Assembly (NCBI GenBank): GCA_964644035.1
Contig: CAZXUH010000001.1
Location: 195,712 to 259,711 of the forward strand
DNA from: an uncultured Candidatus Saccharibacteria bacterium
GTDB lineage: Bacteria; Patescibacteriota; Minisyncoccia; Phycocordibacterales; DAORIS01
Direction: 5' to 3'
Length of the DNA stretch: 64,000 bases
Shown in pieces: positions 46,909 through 56,261 of the stretch. Position 1 is the first letter of the stretch. Each line of letters starts with the position of its first letter. The notes below the pieces were generated by a model that was not told the DNA's origin, did not search any database, and saw nothing but the letters and a program-made list of their open reading frames with translations. Position numbers and translations under genes: made by a program.

Positions 46909-48513
46909 ATGTCGCATTCAAAAACAGATACACAGACTTCAGCACTCGACGAACGCGCAGTGCGTTTAGCTATGCTCGATGAACTCCAGAAGCAGGGTAT
47001 TTACCCATATGCCGATCGTTTCGATCAGAAGCATCATGCTGCACAAGTTATAGAAGCTGTAGAAAAGAATACTCCTCGTTCAGCCGACGATGTCTTTGCA
47101 TCTGCTAAAAAAGAATATTCGCTGGCAGGACGTGTCATGACCGTACGTGAACACGGCAAGATTGCCTTTATGAATATTCAGGACAAGACTGGTCAGCTCC
47201 AGATCTGTCTCAAAGCCGATGTAATAGGGGATTTGTACAATTTTGCTCTCAAATATATCAATCTTGGTGACCATGTCGGAGTAATCGGCGAACCTTTTAT
47301 TACAAAGCAAGGAAAACTAGCGCTTTTGGCGGTAGAAATAAAACTTTTGTCGAAAACATTGCGACCATTGCCCGACAAATTCCACGGTCTTGAAGATTTG
47401 GAAACAAAATACCGCCAACGCTATCTTGATCTCATTGCAAACAGAGAAACATTTGAACGCTTCACACTTCGATCCAATATCGTACAAGGACTACGTGAAT
47501 ACTTGATCAAAAAGAATTTTGTCGAGATTCAAACTCGCACACTGCAAGTCCAAGCTGGTGGAGCATTGGCAAAACCATTTACCACGCATCACAATGCCCT
47601 CGATTATCCATTCAATCTTCGTATTGCCCCAGAACTCGACCTCAAGCTCGCTATAGCAGGGGGTATGGAGAGAGTATTCGAATTCGCCATCAACTTCCGC
47701 AATGAAGGCATCGATCCAAGTCATTTGCAAGAATTCCAAATGCTCGAATGGTACTGTGCATACGAAAACTACGAAGCCGGTATTGCCTGGACAGAAGAAA
47801 TGCTCAAGAAGGTTTTGACTGAAAGCACAGGAAAATCGACCTTTACGGTATATGACAAAGACGACAAGGAACACACTATCGATATTTCAAAACCTTGGAA
47901 GCGAGTAAAATTTGCCGATCTTTTGGCTACAAAAAATGTCGACATGTTTGCCGACAAAGCCACACTTCTCAAGCAAGCAAAGGATTTTGGTCTACGATCA
48001 GAAGAAATAGAAAACCGCGGCCGAGCAAATATCCTCGATGAGATTTATAAAAAAACAATTCGACCACATATCGTAGAACCTACGTTCATTACGCATTATC
48101 CAGCTGACCTTGTACCACTGGCTCGTGTCACTGACGAAGATCCGCGCATTGCTGAGAGTTATCAGCTTCTTGTCGCTGGTTGGGAAATAGTCAAAGGATA
48201 TTCCGAGCTTGTCGATCCTATTAAGCAGCGTGAAGCATTTGAACACCAGGCTGCAGCTAAGAAGGGAGGAGATGAAGAGGCAATGGAGGTCAATGAAGAA
48301 TTTCTTACAGCCATGGAACATGGCATGCCACCTATTACCGGATTTGGAATGGGAATTGAGCGTCTTGTCACACTCTTTACGGGTCAGAAAAATCTCCGCG
48401 ATGTTGTTTTGTTCCCACTCATGCGTCCTGAAGACAGTGTTTCAAAACCTGCAGCTCACAAAAAACCCACAAAGAAGTCTAGTTTCCTCAAAAAGCTTTT
48501 TAGAAAGAAGTAG
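46909..48513 (+). CDS. lysS: Lysine--tRNA ligase (class II)
   Basis: YRQRYLDL, PFTTHHNAL, LRIAPEL, FRNEG and GFGMGIERL motifs. Confidence 0.97.
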   Translation: MSHSKTDTQTSALDERAVRLAMLDELQKQGIYPYADRFDQKHHAAQVIEAVEKNTPRSADDVFASAKKEYSLAGRVMTVREHGKIAFMNIQDKTGQLQICLKADVIGDLYNFALKYINLGDHVGVIGEPFITKQGKLALLAVEIKLLSKTLRPLPDKFHGLEDLETKYRQRYLDLIANRETFERFTLRSNIVQGLREYLIKKNFVEIQTRTLQVQAGGALAKPFTTHHNALDYPFNLRIAPELDLKLAIAGGMERVFEFAINFRNEGIDPSHLQEFQMLEWYCAYENYEAGIAWTEEMLKKVLTESTGKSTFTVYDKDDKEHTIDISKPWKRVKFADLLATKNVDMFADKATLLKQAKDFGLRSEEIENRGRANILDEIYKKTIRPHIVEPTFITHYPADLVPLARVTDEDPRIAESYQLLVAGWEIVKGYSELVDPIKQREAFEHQAAAKKGGDEEAMEVNEEFLTAMEHGMPPITGFGMGIERLVTLFTGQKNLRDVVLFPLMRPEDSVSKPAAHKKPTKKSSFLKKLFRKK

Positions 48514-48574
48514 TTCACTTATTATTTAACAAATCTAAACCTTTTCTTTAAGGTGTGTTTTCTATGCTTGTTGG

Positions 48575-49003
48575 ATGAGAAATAGCCAAAAGATATATGA
48601 TAAAAATCCACAATTCCTCACCAGACTTAAGCCAATCATTGCGCATGTAATTGGTAGCGACACTATTTACATATCCCAATTTGTAATTGCAAAAATAAAA
48701 GGAAACATACCTAGCTTAAATTACCACCCAGAGATATCAGATACTATTTTTGATAGCATTCCAGATAATATAAATAATCCTCTAAAAATACTTCGAGATA
48801 CACGGACTACATTAAAATTTATTTTTATTTGCTCAACACCTCTTCATGAAATAATTGTTGAAATAGGAAGACAGCCGTCTGGAAGAACTGAAATAAACAC
48901 GATTCATTTAATAAAGACTGATGAACTAAAACGACTGGAACGCAAGTTTCCAGTCGTCTATAGCTCTTCTGCGGAGACCCCCTTTTTCTCCGATACGTTC
49001 TGA
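48575..49003 (+). CDS. Hypothetical protein, possibly BECR/PBECR-fold RNase
   Basis: AT-rich 142 aa; K...HPEI..IP..INNP..I..D.R followed by beta strands and a T.H motif (pattern recognition only). Confidence 0.55.
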   Translation: MRNSQKIYDKNPQFLTRLKPIIAHVIGSDTIYISQFVIAKIKGNIPSLNYHPEISDTIFDSIPDNINNPLKILRDTRTTLKFIFICSTPLHEIIVEIGRQPSGRTEINTIHLIKTDELKRLERKFPVVYSSSAETPFFSDTF

Positions 49004-49052
49004 CCCTTTAATAGAGGGGAGCTGGCGGGGGAATTTCCAGTCTTCAGAGGAT
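48925..49052 (-). ncRNA. Putative antisense RNA overlapping the 3' end of the 48575 ORF
   Basis: TTGATC (49081-86)-16-TATGAT (49059-64) promoter; GC-rich structured body; 10-bp inverted repeat ACGACTGGAA/TTCCAGTCGT at 48931-48957 followed by Ts on the minus strand. Confidence 0.5.
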
Positions 49053-49166
49053 ACCAATATCATATAACAAAAATCCAAACGATCAATCACTTTTGTATTT
49101 CGTCTTCATAAATATTTTATCTGTTACTCTTGTTTTTTTGAATCACAAAGGCTATAAACAGGTAAT

Positions 49167-49658
49167 ATGAAGATTGAAGCTATTATGAACACAAGAATTC
49201 GCAAGAATATTCCTTATGTATATTACGATATGGAAAAGTACGAGGATTTGCCCGCGGGAATGATGCATGTAGGTGCTTATTGTTTTTACAGGGGAAAATT
49301 ACTTGTGGTATACCATGCTCCTAAAAAACACTGGACTCCGCCAGGTGGTGGTATTGAAGAAGGGGAAACAGTAGAAGACGCGACTATTAGAGAGATAAAA
49401 GAGGAATCAAATATGAGAGTTATTTCTCATCGACTCTTAGGGTATCAGGAAATACCCGAGCCAGATCGTATAGTTCGACAATCACGCTCTGTTTGTATTG
49501 TGGAGCCCTATGGAGATTTCGAATCAGATCCAGACGAAGATATTACTGAAATAAAATTTATTGATCCGAGCAACATAAAAGAGTATTTTGACTGGGGAAT
49601 AGTTGGCGATCACTTAATAAAGAGAGCTGTTGAAATGTCTAAAGAAATGCAACAGTAG
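49167..49658 (+). CDS. NUDIX hydrolase
   Basis: PGGGIEEGETVEDATIREIKEESN Nudix box. Confidence 0.92.
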   Translation: MKIEAIMNTRIRKNIPYVYYDMEKYEDLPAGMMHVGAYCFYRGKLLVVYHAPKKHWTPPGGGIEEGETVEDATIREIKEESNMRVISHRLLGYQEIPEPDRIVRQSRSVCIVEPYGDFESDPDEDITEIKFIDPSNIKEYFDWGIVGDHLIKRAVEMSKEMQQ

Positions 49659-49666
49659 AAAATCGC

Positions 49667-50476
49667 ATGAATAAAATCAAAATACAATTCTGCTTTCCCG
49701 AAACTTTATTTAAGAGCAAAAATAAGTTTATTGAAGCACTTGTCGATAGCATCTGAGACGATAAAAATGTAGGATTTGCTGGATTTTTAAGTAAGTCATT
49801 CTTAAGAAAGAATCTTTCGGATTTTTATAAACAAAATACCTTTACATCCTACAAACCAGAACTAAAGCAAAAGGTGAAGGGTGAAATTGAGAAAAGTATC
49901 AAGCAAGCACTGAATAGGTGTCTTTCACAATTATCAATTCCATCAATTAATATCTATGTTTTTCCTTGGTTAAATGAAAATTTTAATAAAGCCTTTAAGG
50001 GTGTGACTGGATTTGCTTCATACAAAAACACTGTTCATGTTTTCATTTCAATTAATAAGTTCTCACATCGATCATTAAGGGAAACTATTACTCATGAATT
50101 TAGCCATGCTGCTTTTTTAAATAAAAGTAAGACTGTAAATAAACTTTCTATACTCGATATACTTATATTTGAAGGCTTAGCCGAGCAATTTCGAGAAGAA
50201 GTAATGAAAGGGAAACCAGCAGCATGGTCAACAGCTTTAAGTAATAAAGAATGTCACTCTACACTCGAATTAATCAAATCTGCTCTTACATCAACTAAGT
50301 TTGGTACCTACAATGACATCTTTTTTGGTAGTAAAAAGTATAAAAAATGGACTGGATACTCTATTGGTTATCAAATAGTTAAGTCGTTTAGAAAAGCCTA
50401 TCCAAAAAAGAGCTGGGCAGAGATTATGGAAATGAAACCAGAAAGTATTTATTCACTTGCGCCATTTACCCATTAA
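49667..50476 (+). pseudogene. Zn-dependent protease (DUF2268-like) with one in-frame TGA at 49754
   Basis: ATG 49667 is in frame with the 49874..50476 ORF, with a single TGA at codon 30; HEFSH, EGLAE and WTGYSIGY motifs. Confidence 0.7.
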
Positions 50477-50517
50477 TAGTTCCCTTATTGGCTGGTCTGG
50501 TTTATAATGCAACCCTA

Positions 50518-51552
50518 ATGAAAAAGGCCCTTATTACAGGTATTACCGGCCAAGATGGCTCATATTTGACCGAATTTCTGCTCGACAAAGGCTATGAAGT
50601 ACACGGTATCATCCGCCGATCGAGCTCTTTCAATACAGAACGTATTGATCATCTCTACAAAGACCCCCACGGAAAGGGAATCAACCTCAAACTCCACTAC
50701 GGAGACCTCGCTGATAGCAGCAACCTCAACCGTATCTTAGAAAAGATTAAACCCGATGAGATTTATCATTTGGGTGCACAGAGTCATGTTCGAGTGAGCT
50801 TTGATTTGCCTGAATATACAGGAGACATTACAGGTCTAGGCACGACTCGTATTCTCGATGCTATTCGTGACACCGGTATTAAGACAAAATTCTATCAAGC
50901 ATCATCGAGCGAAATGTTTGGCAAAGCAGTGGAGATTCCTATCAAAGAAACAACGCCTTTTTATCCACGCTCACCTTATGGTTGCGCAAAAGTATATTCT
51001 TTTTGGATTACTAAAAACTATCGTGAGAGTTACAACCTCTTTGCCTGCAACGGTATTCTTTTCAATCACGAATCTCCGCGCAGAGGTCAGACGTTTGTAA
51101 CTCGCAAAATCACCAAAGGCCTCGCACGTATCAAACTCGGCAAACAAGACAAACTTCACCTGGGAAATCTCGATGCAAAACGCGACTGGGGATATGCCAA
51201 AGATTATGTAGAAGCTATGTGGCTTATGCTTCAGCAGAAAAAAGCCGACGATTATATTATTGCAACCAATGAAACCTACAGCGTCAGAGACTTCTGCAAT
51301 ATCGCCGCAAAAGAGCTTGGTATGAAGCTCGTCTGGAAGGGCAAAGGCCTCAAGGAGAAGGGAATAGACGCCAATACAGGCAAAACAATCATTGAAATAG
51401 ACCCTCGCTACTACCGACCAGCTGAAGTTGATATACTATTGGGAGATTATTCAAAAGCTAAGAAACATTTGGGTTGGAAACCAAAGGTCAAATTCAAGGA
51501 ACTTATTAAATTAATGCTCGAAGCAGATTTAAAACATGAACAAAAACAGTAA
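50518..51552 (+). CDS. gmd: GDP-mannose 4,6-dehydratase
   Basis: [29 protein letters not shown] and FNHESPRRG motifs. Confidence 0.98.
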   Translation: MKKALITGITGQDGSYLTEFLLDKGYEVHGIIRRSSSFNTERIDHLYKDPHGKGINLKLHYGDLADSSNLNRILEKIKPDEIYHLGAQSHVRVSFDLPEYTGDITGLGTTRILDAIRDTGIKTKFYQASSSEMFGKAVEIPIKETTPFYPRSPYGCAKVYSFWITKNYRESYNLFACNGILFNHESPRRGQTFVTRKITKGLARIKLGKQDKLHLGNLDAKRDWGYAKDYVEAMWLMLQQKKADDYIIATNETYSVRDFCNIAAKELGMKLVWKGKGLKEKGIDANTGKTIIEIDPRYYRPAEVDILLGDYSKAKKHLGWKPKVKFKELIKLMLEADLKHEQKQ

Positions 51553-52474
51553 AATTTATATCTCTGGTCACAATGGCCTCGTCGGCAGCGCACTAGTGCG
51601 TGAGCTCAAAAGTCAGGGTTATACAAATATCGTTACAAAAAACAAAGAAGAATTGGATCTACTCAATCCTACTGCTGTTTCTGATTTTTTTAAAAATGAA
51701 AAGATTGAATACGTATTCAATGCTGCTGCCAAAGTCGGCGGTATCATTGCCAACAAAACCTATCCTGCAGACTTTATCTATCAAAACCTCACTATTCAGA
51801 ACAATATTATTCACAATGCCTATACCAATGGCATTAAGAAGCTCCTATTCCTCGGTAGTTCATGCATTTATCCAAAAATGGCCACACAGCCTATTACGGA
51901 AGATGCGCTGCTCTCAGGCCCTCTAGAGCCTACCAACAAGGCCTATGCCGTCGCCAAGATCGCCGGTATCACCATGTGCCAAAGCTACAATGAACAGTAC
52001 GGCACCGATTTTGTCTCTGTTATGCCTACCAATCTGTACGGTATCAATGACAACTTCAATCTTCAGAACTCTCACGTTCTTCCAGCTCTTATCAGAAAAT
52101 TTCATGAAGCAAAAGAAAAGAATGCTCCAGAAGTCAGTGCATGGGGTACTGGTTCAGCAAAGAGAGAATTCCTACATGTCGATGACTTGGCCAAAGCCTG
52201 CGTCTTTCTCATGAACAATTATTCTGGTTCAGAAATCATCAATATCGGCACAGGTGAAGATGTAACAATCAAAGAGCTTACAGAAACGGTCAGCAAAGTT
52301 GTCGGTTTCAAAGGCAAGATTGCTTGGGATACGAGCAAGCCCGATGGTACACCTCGCAAACTTCTCGATGTAAGTAAAATCAAAAAACTCGGGTGGTCTC
52401 CTACAATCGGTCTCGAAGAGGGTATTAGATCGGTCTACGAATGGTACAAGGTGACGGACAATAAGAAGATGTAA
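51536..52474 (+). CDS. fcl: GDP-L-fucose synthase
   Basis: [29 protein letters not shown] and MPTNLYG motifs. Confidence 0.97.
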   Translation: MNKNSKIYISGHNGLVGSALVRELKSQGYTNIVTKNKEELDLLNPTAVSDFFKNEKIEYVFNAAAKVGGIIANKTYPADFIYQNLTIQNNIIHNAYTNGIKKLLFLGSSCIYPKMATQPITEDALLSGPLEPTNKAYAVAKIAGITMCQSYNEQYGTDFVSVMPTNLYGINDNFNLQNSHVLPALIRKFHEAKEKNAPEVSAWGTGSAKREFLHVDDLAKACVFLMNNYSGSEIINIGTGEDVTIKELTETVSKVVGFKGKIAWDTSKPDGTPRKLLDVSKIKKLGWSPTIGLEEGIRSVYEWYKVTDNKKM

Positions 52475-52518
52475 TTTCGCAAATAAAAAAGGCTGCATCC
52501 TGAGGTACAGCCCTTTGT

Positions 52519-52767
52519 TCATTGAACCCACATACGAATGTCGTTGATCTCTGCACTTAGAGACGCGACATTTCTCTCGATCGTCTGTAGGTACTTCTCG
52601 GGTACTTCTTCTCCTTTCTGTTTCTGCTCCTTGAGTTTCTGTACTAGAACCCGTGCCGCTGATTCGCGTTCGCACGACTCGTACTCTACGAGCGCTCGTA
52701 GATATGATACGGATTGTGTTTCCAGCTCATCGGGCGGACTTTTCGTAGGGCGTTGCCAGTTGATCAT
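52519..52767 (-). CDS. Small coiled-coil hypothetical protein (stand-alone cassette)
   Basis: SD GAAAGGAG before ATG 52767; terminator GGCTG..CAGCC-T6 at ~52485-52515. Confidence 0.7.
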   Translation of the reverse strand: MINWQRPTKSPPDELETQSVSYLRALVEYESCERESAARVLVQKLKEQKQKGEEVPEKYLQTIERNVASLSAEINDIRMWVQ

Positions 52768-52870
52768 AACACTCCTTTCACCCAAGCAACGTCCCCGATA
52801 CAGCCTAGTATAATTCTAACCCCTCCACATTAGTTTGCAATAATACTATCTATGATATTCTCCTGTATGT

Positions 52871-53395
52871 ATGGATTTTAAGTATTCACCACAACTCAAT
52901 AATGCCCTTGGAGGCACATGGACAAAAGCTTTTAACAAGAATAAAGAGTCTACGGAAACACGCTGGGAAAAAGAGGGTGGAAAGATTATCAAAACTCTTG
53001 AATCTGTACTTGGTTTAAAGTTACCTAAAAAACTTACAGTATACGTTAATACAGAAGCTTCATTTTCTGAACCATTAGCTATTAAAATTGAAAAAGATAT
53101 TGACGACAATATTGACAATCTCACACATGAACTCATTCATGTTATTTTGACTCACAACTTCAAAAAAATTGAGAAGAAGTGGATTACATTAATGCAAAAA
53201 TACGAGAAAGAAAAACCTCTCACTCGCCGACATATTCCGATTCACGCAATTCACCTGAAGGTAGCAGGGCAACTTGGATTCGGAAAAGACCGCATCGATC
53301 GCATCAAAACATATTCAAAAAACCCTGCATATCTTCAATCGTGGAAGATTGTTAATAAAGAGAGTGCAGATAGAATCATTCAACTACTAGTTTGA
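52871..53395 (+). CDS. Hypothetical HExxH metalloprotease-like protein
   Basis: LTHELIH motif plus downstream H and Y..SW. Confidence 0.7.
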   Translation: MDFKYSPQLNNALGGTWTKAFNKNKESTETRWEKEGGKIIKTLESVLGLKLPKKLTVYVNTEASFSEPLAIKIEKDIDDNIDNLTHELIHVILTHNFKKIEKKWITLMQKYEKEKPLTRRHIPIHAIHLKVAGQLGFGKDRIDRIKTYSKNPAYLQSWKIVNKESADRIIQLLV

Positions 53396-53414
53396 TATAA
53401 TCTAAGTTAACTAC

Positions 53415-54326
53415 ATGAACTGGTTTTTTATTGCCCTAATTGGTCCGATACTGTACGCACTGGCGAATCATACAGATAAATATCTTATCTCTAAATATCT
53501 TAAGAATGGGGCAGTTGGCTCACTGGTAATATTTTCATCGATTTTCAGTATTTTCGCCTTGCCAGTGGTGATGTATATCGAACCCAATGTCTTTGATGTA
53601 AACATTGCGCTAGCAATCATCCTAGCGATCAATGGAGCATTGGTTGTTATCAGCATTGTTTTATATTTTTACGCCCTGCAAGTAGATGAGGTTTCATTTG
53701 TTGTACCTTTTTACCAAACCATACCTATTTTTGGATTTATACTTGGATATTTTATTCTTGGAGAAACTCTAAACTTCAATCAAGGACTAGCTTCACTAAT
53801 AATTTTAGTTGGGGCACTGATACTGTCGTTCGAAGTAGGGTTGGGGAAGATACGATTTAAGAAAAAGGTGGTTTTGCTAATGCTGACTGCTTCTTTGTTC
53901 TACGCAATAAATGGAGTGGTGTTTAAACTGATAGCGATTGATGACGGCTTTTGGCCTTCTACATTTTGGTCTTTGGTGGGCAAAGTAATTCTTGGTTTTG
54001 CATTTTTAGCCTTCATTCCTTCATACAGAAAACAGTTTTTTGAGGTCTTAAAAGCAAACAAGGCTAGCATTCTTGCAATCAACTCATTCAATGAAACTGC
54101 TGTTATCGTTGCTGATGGGGTAACACAGTTTGCCAGCCTCTTAGCTCCAGTAGCACTCGTACTGCTAGTCAATGCCTTTCAACCTGCATTTGTCTTTATT
54201 ATTGGCCTTATTTTGACTATTTTCCTTCCTAAAATAGCCGAGGAATCTCTCAATAGAACGAATTTAATCCAGAAAATCTTAGGGATTGGGATCATCATAC
54301 TTGGCACCTATTTACTAGCGGTTTAA
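53415..54326 (+). CDS. EamA/DMT family transporter
   Basis: About 10 TM segments; DKYL and ILGETL repeat motifs. Confidence 0.85.
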   Translation: MNWFFIALIGPILYALANHTDKYLISKYLKNGAVGSLVIFSSIFSIFALPVVMYIEPNVFDVNIALAIILAINGALVVISIVLYFYALQVDEVSFVVPFYQTIPIFGFILGYFILGETLNFNQGLASLIILVGALILSFEVGLGKIRFKKKVVLLMLTASLFYAINGVVFKLIAIDDGFWPSTFWSLVGKVILGFAFLAFIPSYRKQFFEVLKANKASILAINSFNETAVIVADGVTQFASLLAPVALVLLVNAFQPAFVFIIGLILTIFLPKIAEESLNRTNLIQKILGIGIIILGTYLLAV

Positions 54327-54384
54327 AACTACCCTTGCCGAATTAAAGGGAATAATGTATAATCAAGAACACAATACTTAATAT

Positions 54385-54774
54385 ATGTCAAAAGTAGCCC
54401 CATTCGGTTATCTGCTTACCCTCGACCTCTACGGCTGCAAAGAAGGTGCCTGCGATGATCTTTCACTTTGCTACAAATTTCTCGAAGACCTAGTGCAACA
54501 GCTCAATATGAGCAAACAGTCTCCTCCTTTTATTTTTAAAAGTGATGAAATTAAATATCCAGACAAAGCTGGTCTAAGCGGATGGGTGCCACTTATTGAA
54601 AGCGGTATACAGATCCACACCCTCACTCCAAAAAACTTCATCTCTATAGATATTTATTCTTGCAAGAAATTCATTACAGATCATATTAAAGAATATGCTC
54701 AGAACTACTTCGATTGCAAAGAAGTAGAGATGAATTTTATAGAAAGGGGAGTGAAGTACAACGAAATTCAGTAG
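54385..54774 (+). CDS. S-adenosylmethionine decarboxylase-like pyruvoyl proenzyme
   Basis: G..L.LDLYGC, GLSG...LIES.IQIHT (ES cleavage site) and IDIYSCKKF motifs. Confidence 0.85.
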   Translation: MSKVAPFGYLLTLDLYGCKEGACDDLSLCYKFLEDLVQQLNMSKQSPPFIFKSDEIKYPDKAGLSGWVPLIESGIQIHTLTPKNFISIDIYSCKKFITDHIKEYAQNYFDCKEVEMNFIERGVKYNEIQ

Positions 54775-54777
54775 AAA

Positions 54778-54900
54778 CTACTCCTCAATCTCAACAACAC
54801 TGTAATCTCTCTTAACCACTGTATTGTAGAAAACCAAAGAAATGGACGCTATACCGAACAGAATCAGAACGACGAGCGAAATATTGACCACTTTTTTCAT
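54778..54900 (-). CDS. Small single-TM protein (40 aa), leaderless
   Basis: TATAAT 7 nt before the ATG; MKKVVNISLVVLILFGIASISLVFYNTVVKRDYSVVEIEE* fills the intergenic gap exactly. Confidence 0.7.
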   Translation of the reverse strand: MKKVVNISLVVLILFGIASISLVFYNTVVKRDYSVVEIEE

Positions 54901-54915
54901 TAGAGAAATTATATC

Positions 54916-56229
54916 ATGAGAATTCTTTTTATCTCATCAAGCAATGTAATTGCTGCCAACTTAGCTATGCTCATGAAGGACGAAGGTCATGAAGTAAAGC
55001 TTTTTATTGATGACGAAGACAGAAAAGAAAATTTTGAAAATCTTGTCGACAAAACAGAGGATTGGAGAAAGGAACTTAAGTGGGTAGGGAAGGGTAAGGA
55101 CAGTCTTATCGTTTTTGATGATATAGGCTATGGAAAAATTCAAGACCAGCTTAGAAAAGATGGCTATTCTGTATTCGGTGGCTCAGAAATGGCTGACAAA
55201 CTTGAAGAGGATAGACAATACGCTCAAGAAATCTTTGCTCAGCATGGAATCAAAACAGTTCCAATTAAAAATTTTCAAGATATTCCAAGCACAATCAGTT
55301 TTATCAAGAAAAATAGAGGGGCTTGGGTTATCAAGCAAAACGGTGCAGCATCAAAAAGCCTAAACTATGTTGGAAACTTTGATGATAATCGTGACGTTCT
55401 AAATGTCCTTGAAAATTATCAAACAAACCTCAAAGGCCAGATGCGCACTATCACCCTTCAACAGAAGATAAAGGGTGTTGAGATAGGTGTGGCTCGATAT
55501 TTCAACGGTACCGACTGGGTTGGACCTATTGAAATGAATGTTGAGCACAAGAAATTCTTTCCAGGAGATATGGGACCGGCAACAAGCGAAATGGGTACTC
55601 TAGCTTGGTATGACGACAATGAAAAAAATCCACTATTTTTAGAAACTTTAGCTAAACTTAAACCGTATCTACAAAAAATAAATTATCGTGGTGATATTGA
55701 TATAAATTGTATTGTTAATGAAACAGGGGCATATCCACTCGAAGCAACACCAAGATTTGGATCACCTATAATCTATCTTCAATCTGAAATTCATAAATCT
55801 CCGTGGGCTGAATTTCTAAAGGCAATTGCTGACGGCAAACAATATAATCTAAAGTGGAAAAGAGGATATGGAGTAGTGGTACTGGTCACTGTTCCTCCTT
55901 TCCCTTATACGAAAAAGCTTAGAGAGATGTCTCCGAAGGGAATGCATGTGCATTTTGATCCTATTTTGAAACAAAAACACTTTAATCACATTCACCTAGA
56001 GGGCGTAGCAATGAAAAAAGTAGGGAATCAGGAACAATATTATATTTCTGATTACCAAGGTTATATTTTATACGTTACTGCTGTAGATAAGACTGTTAAA
56101 TTTGCTCGAAACAAAATTGATAAGCTCATACGACACATCTACATTCCAAAAATGTTCTACAGACATGATATCGGTACTGGGTTTATAGAAAACACATACG
56201 ATAAGCTACGCTGGTGGGGATACATGTAA
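54916..56229 (+). CDS. PurD-like ATP-grasp ligase
   Basis: GGS...DKLE.DR, VIKQNG, EHKK..PGD.GP.T.EMGT, Y.G.IDINCIV and LEATPRFG motifs; lacks the canonical PurD N-terminus. Confidence 0.8.
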   Translation: MRILFISSSNVIAANLAMLMKDEGHEVKLFIDDEDRKENFENLVDKTEDWRKELKWVGKGKDSLIVFDDIGYGKIQDQLRKDGYSVFGGSEMADKLEEDRQYAQEIFAQHGIKTVPIKNFQDIPSTISFIKKNRGAWVIKQNGAASKSLNYVGNFDDNRDVLNVLENYQTNLKGQMRTITLQQKIKGVEIGVARYFNGTDWVGPIEMNVEHKKFFPGDMGPATSEMGTLAWYDDNEKNPLFLETLAKLKPYLQKINYRGDIDINCIVNETGAYPLEATPRFGSPIIYLQSEIHKSPWAEFLKAIADGKQYNLKWKRGYGVVVLVTVPPFPYTKKLREMSPKGMHVHFDPILKQKHFNHIHLEGVAMKKVGNQEQYYISDYQGYILYVTAVDKTVKFARNKIDKLIRHIYIPKMFYRHDIGTGFIENTYDKLRWWGYM

Positions 56230-56261
56230 TATTTTTTCTTTAGGTAGGTTATAATCAGTCC

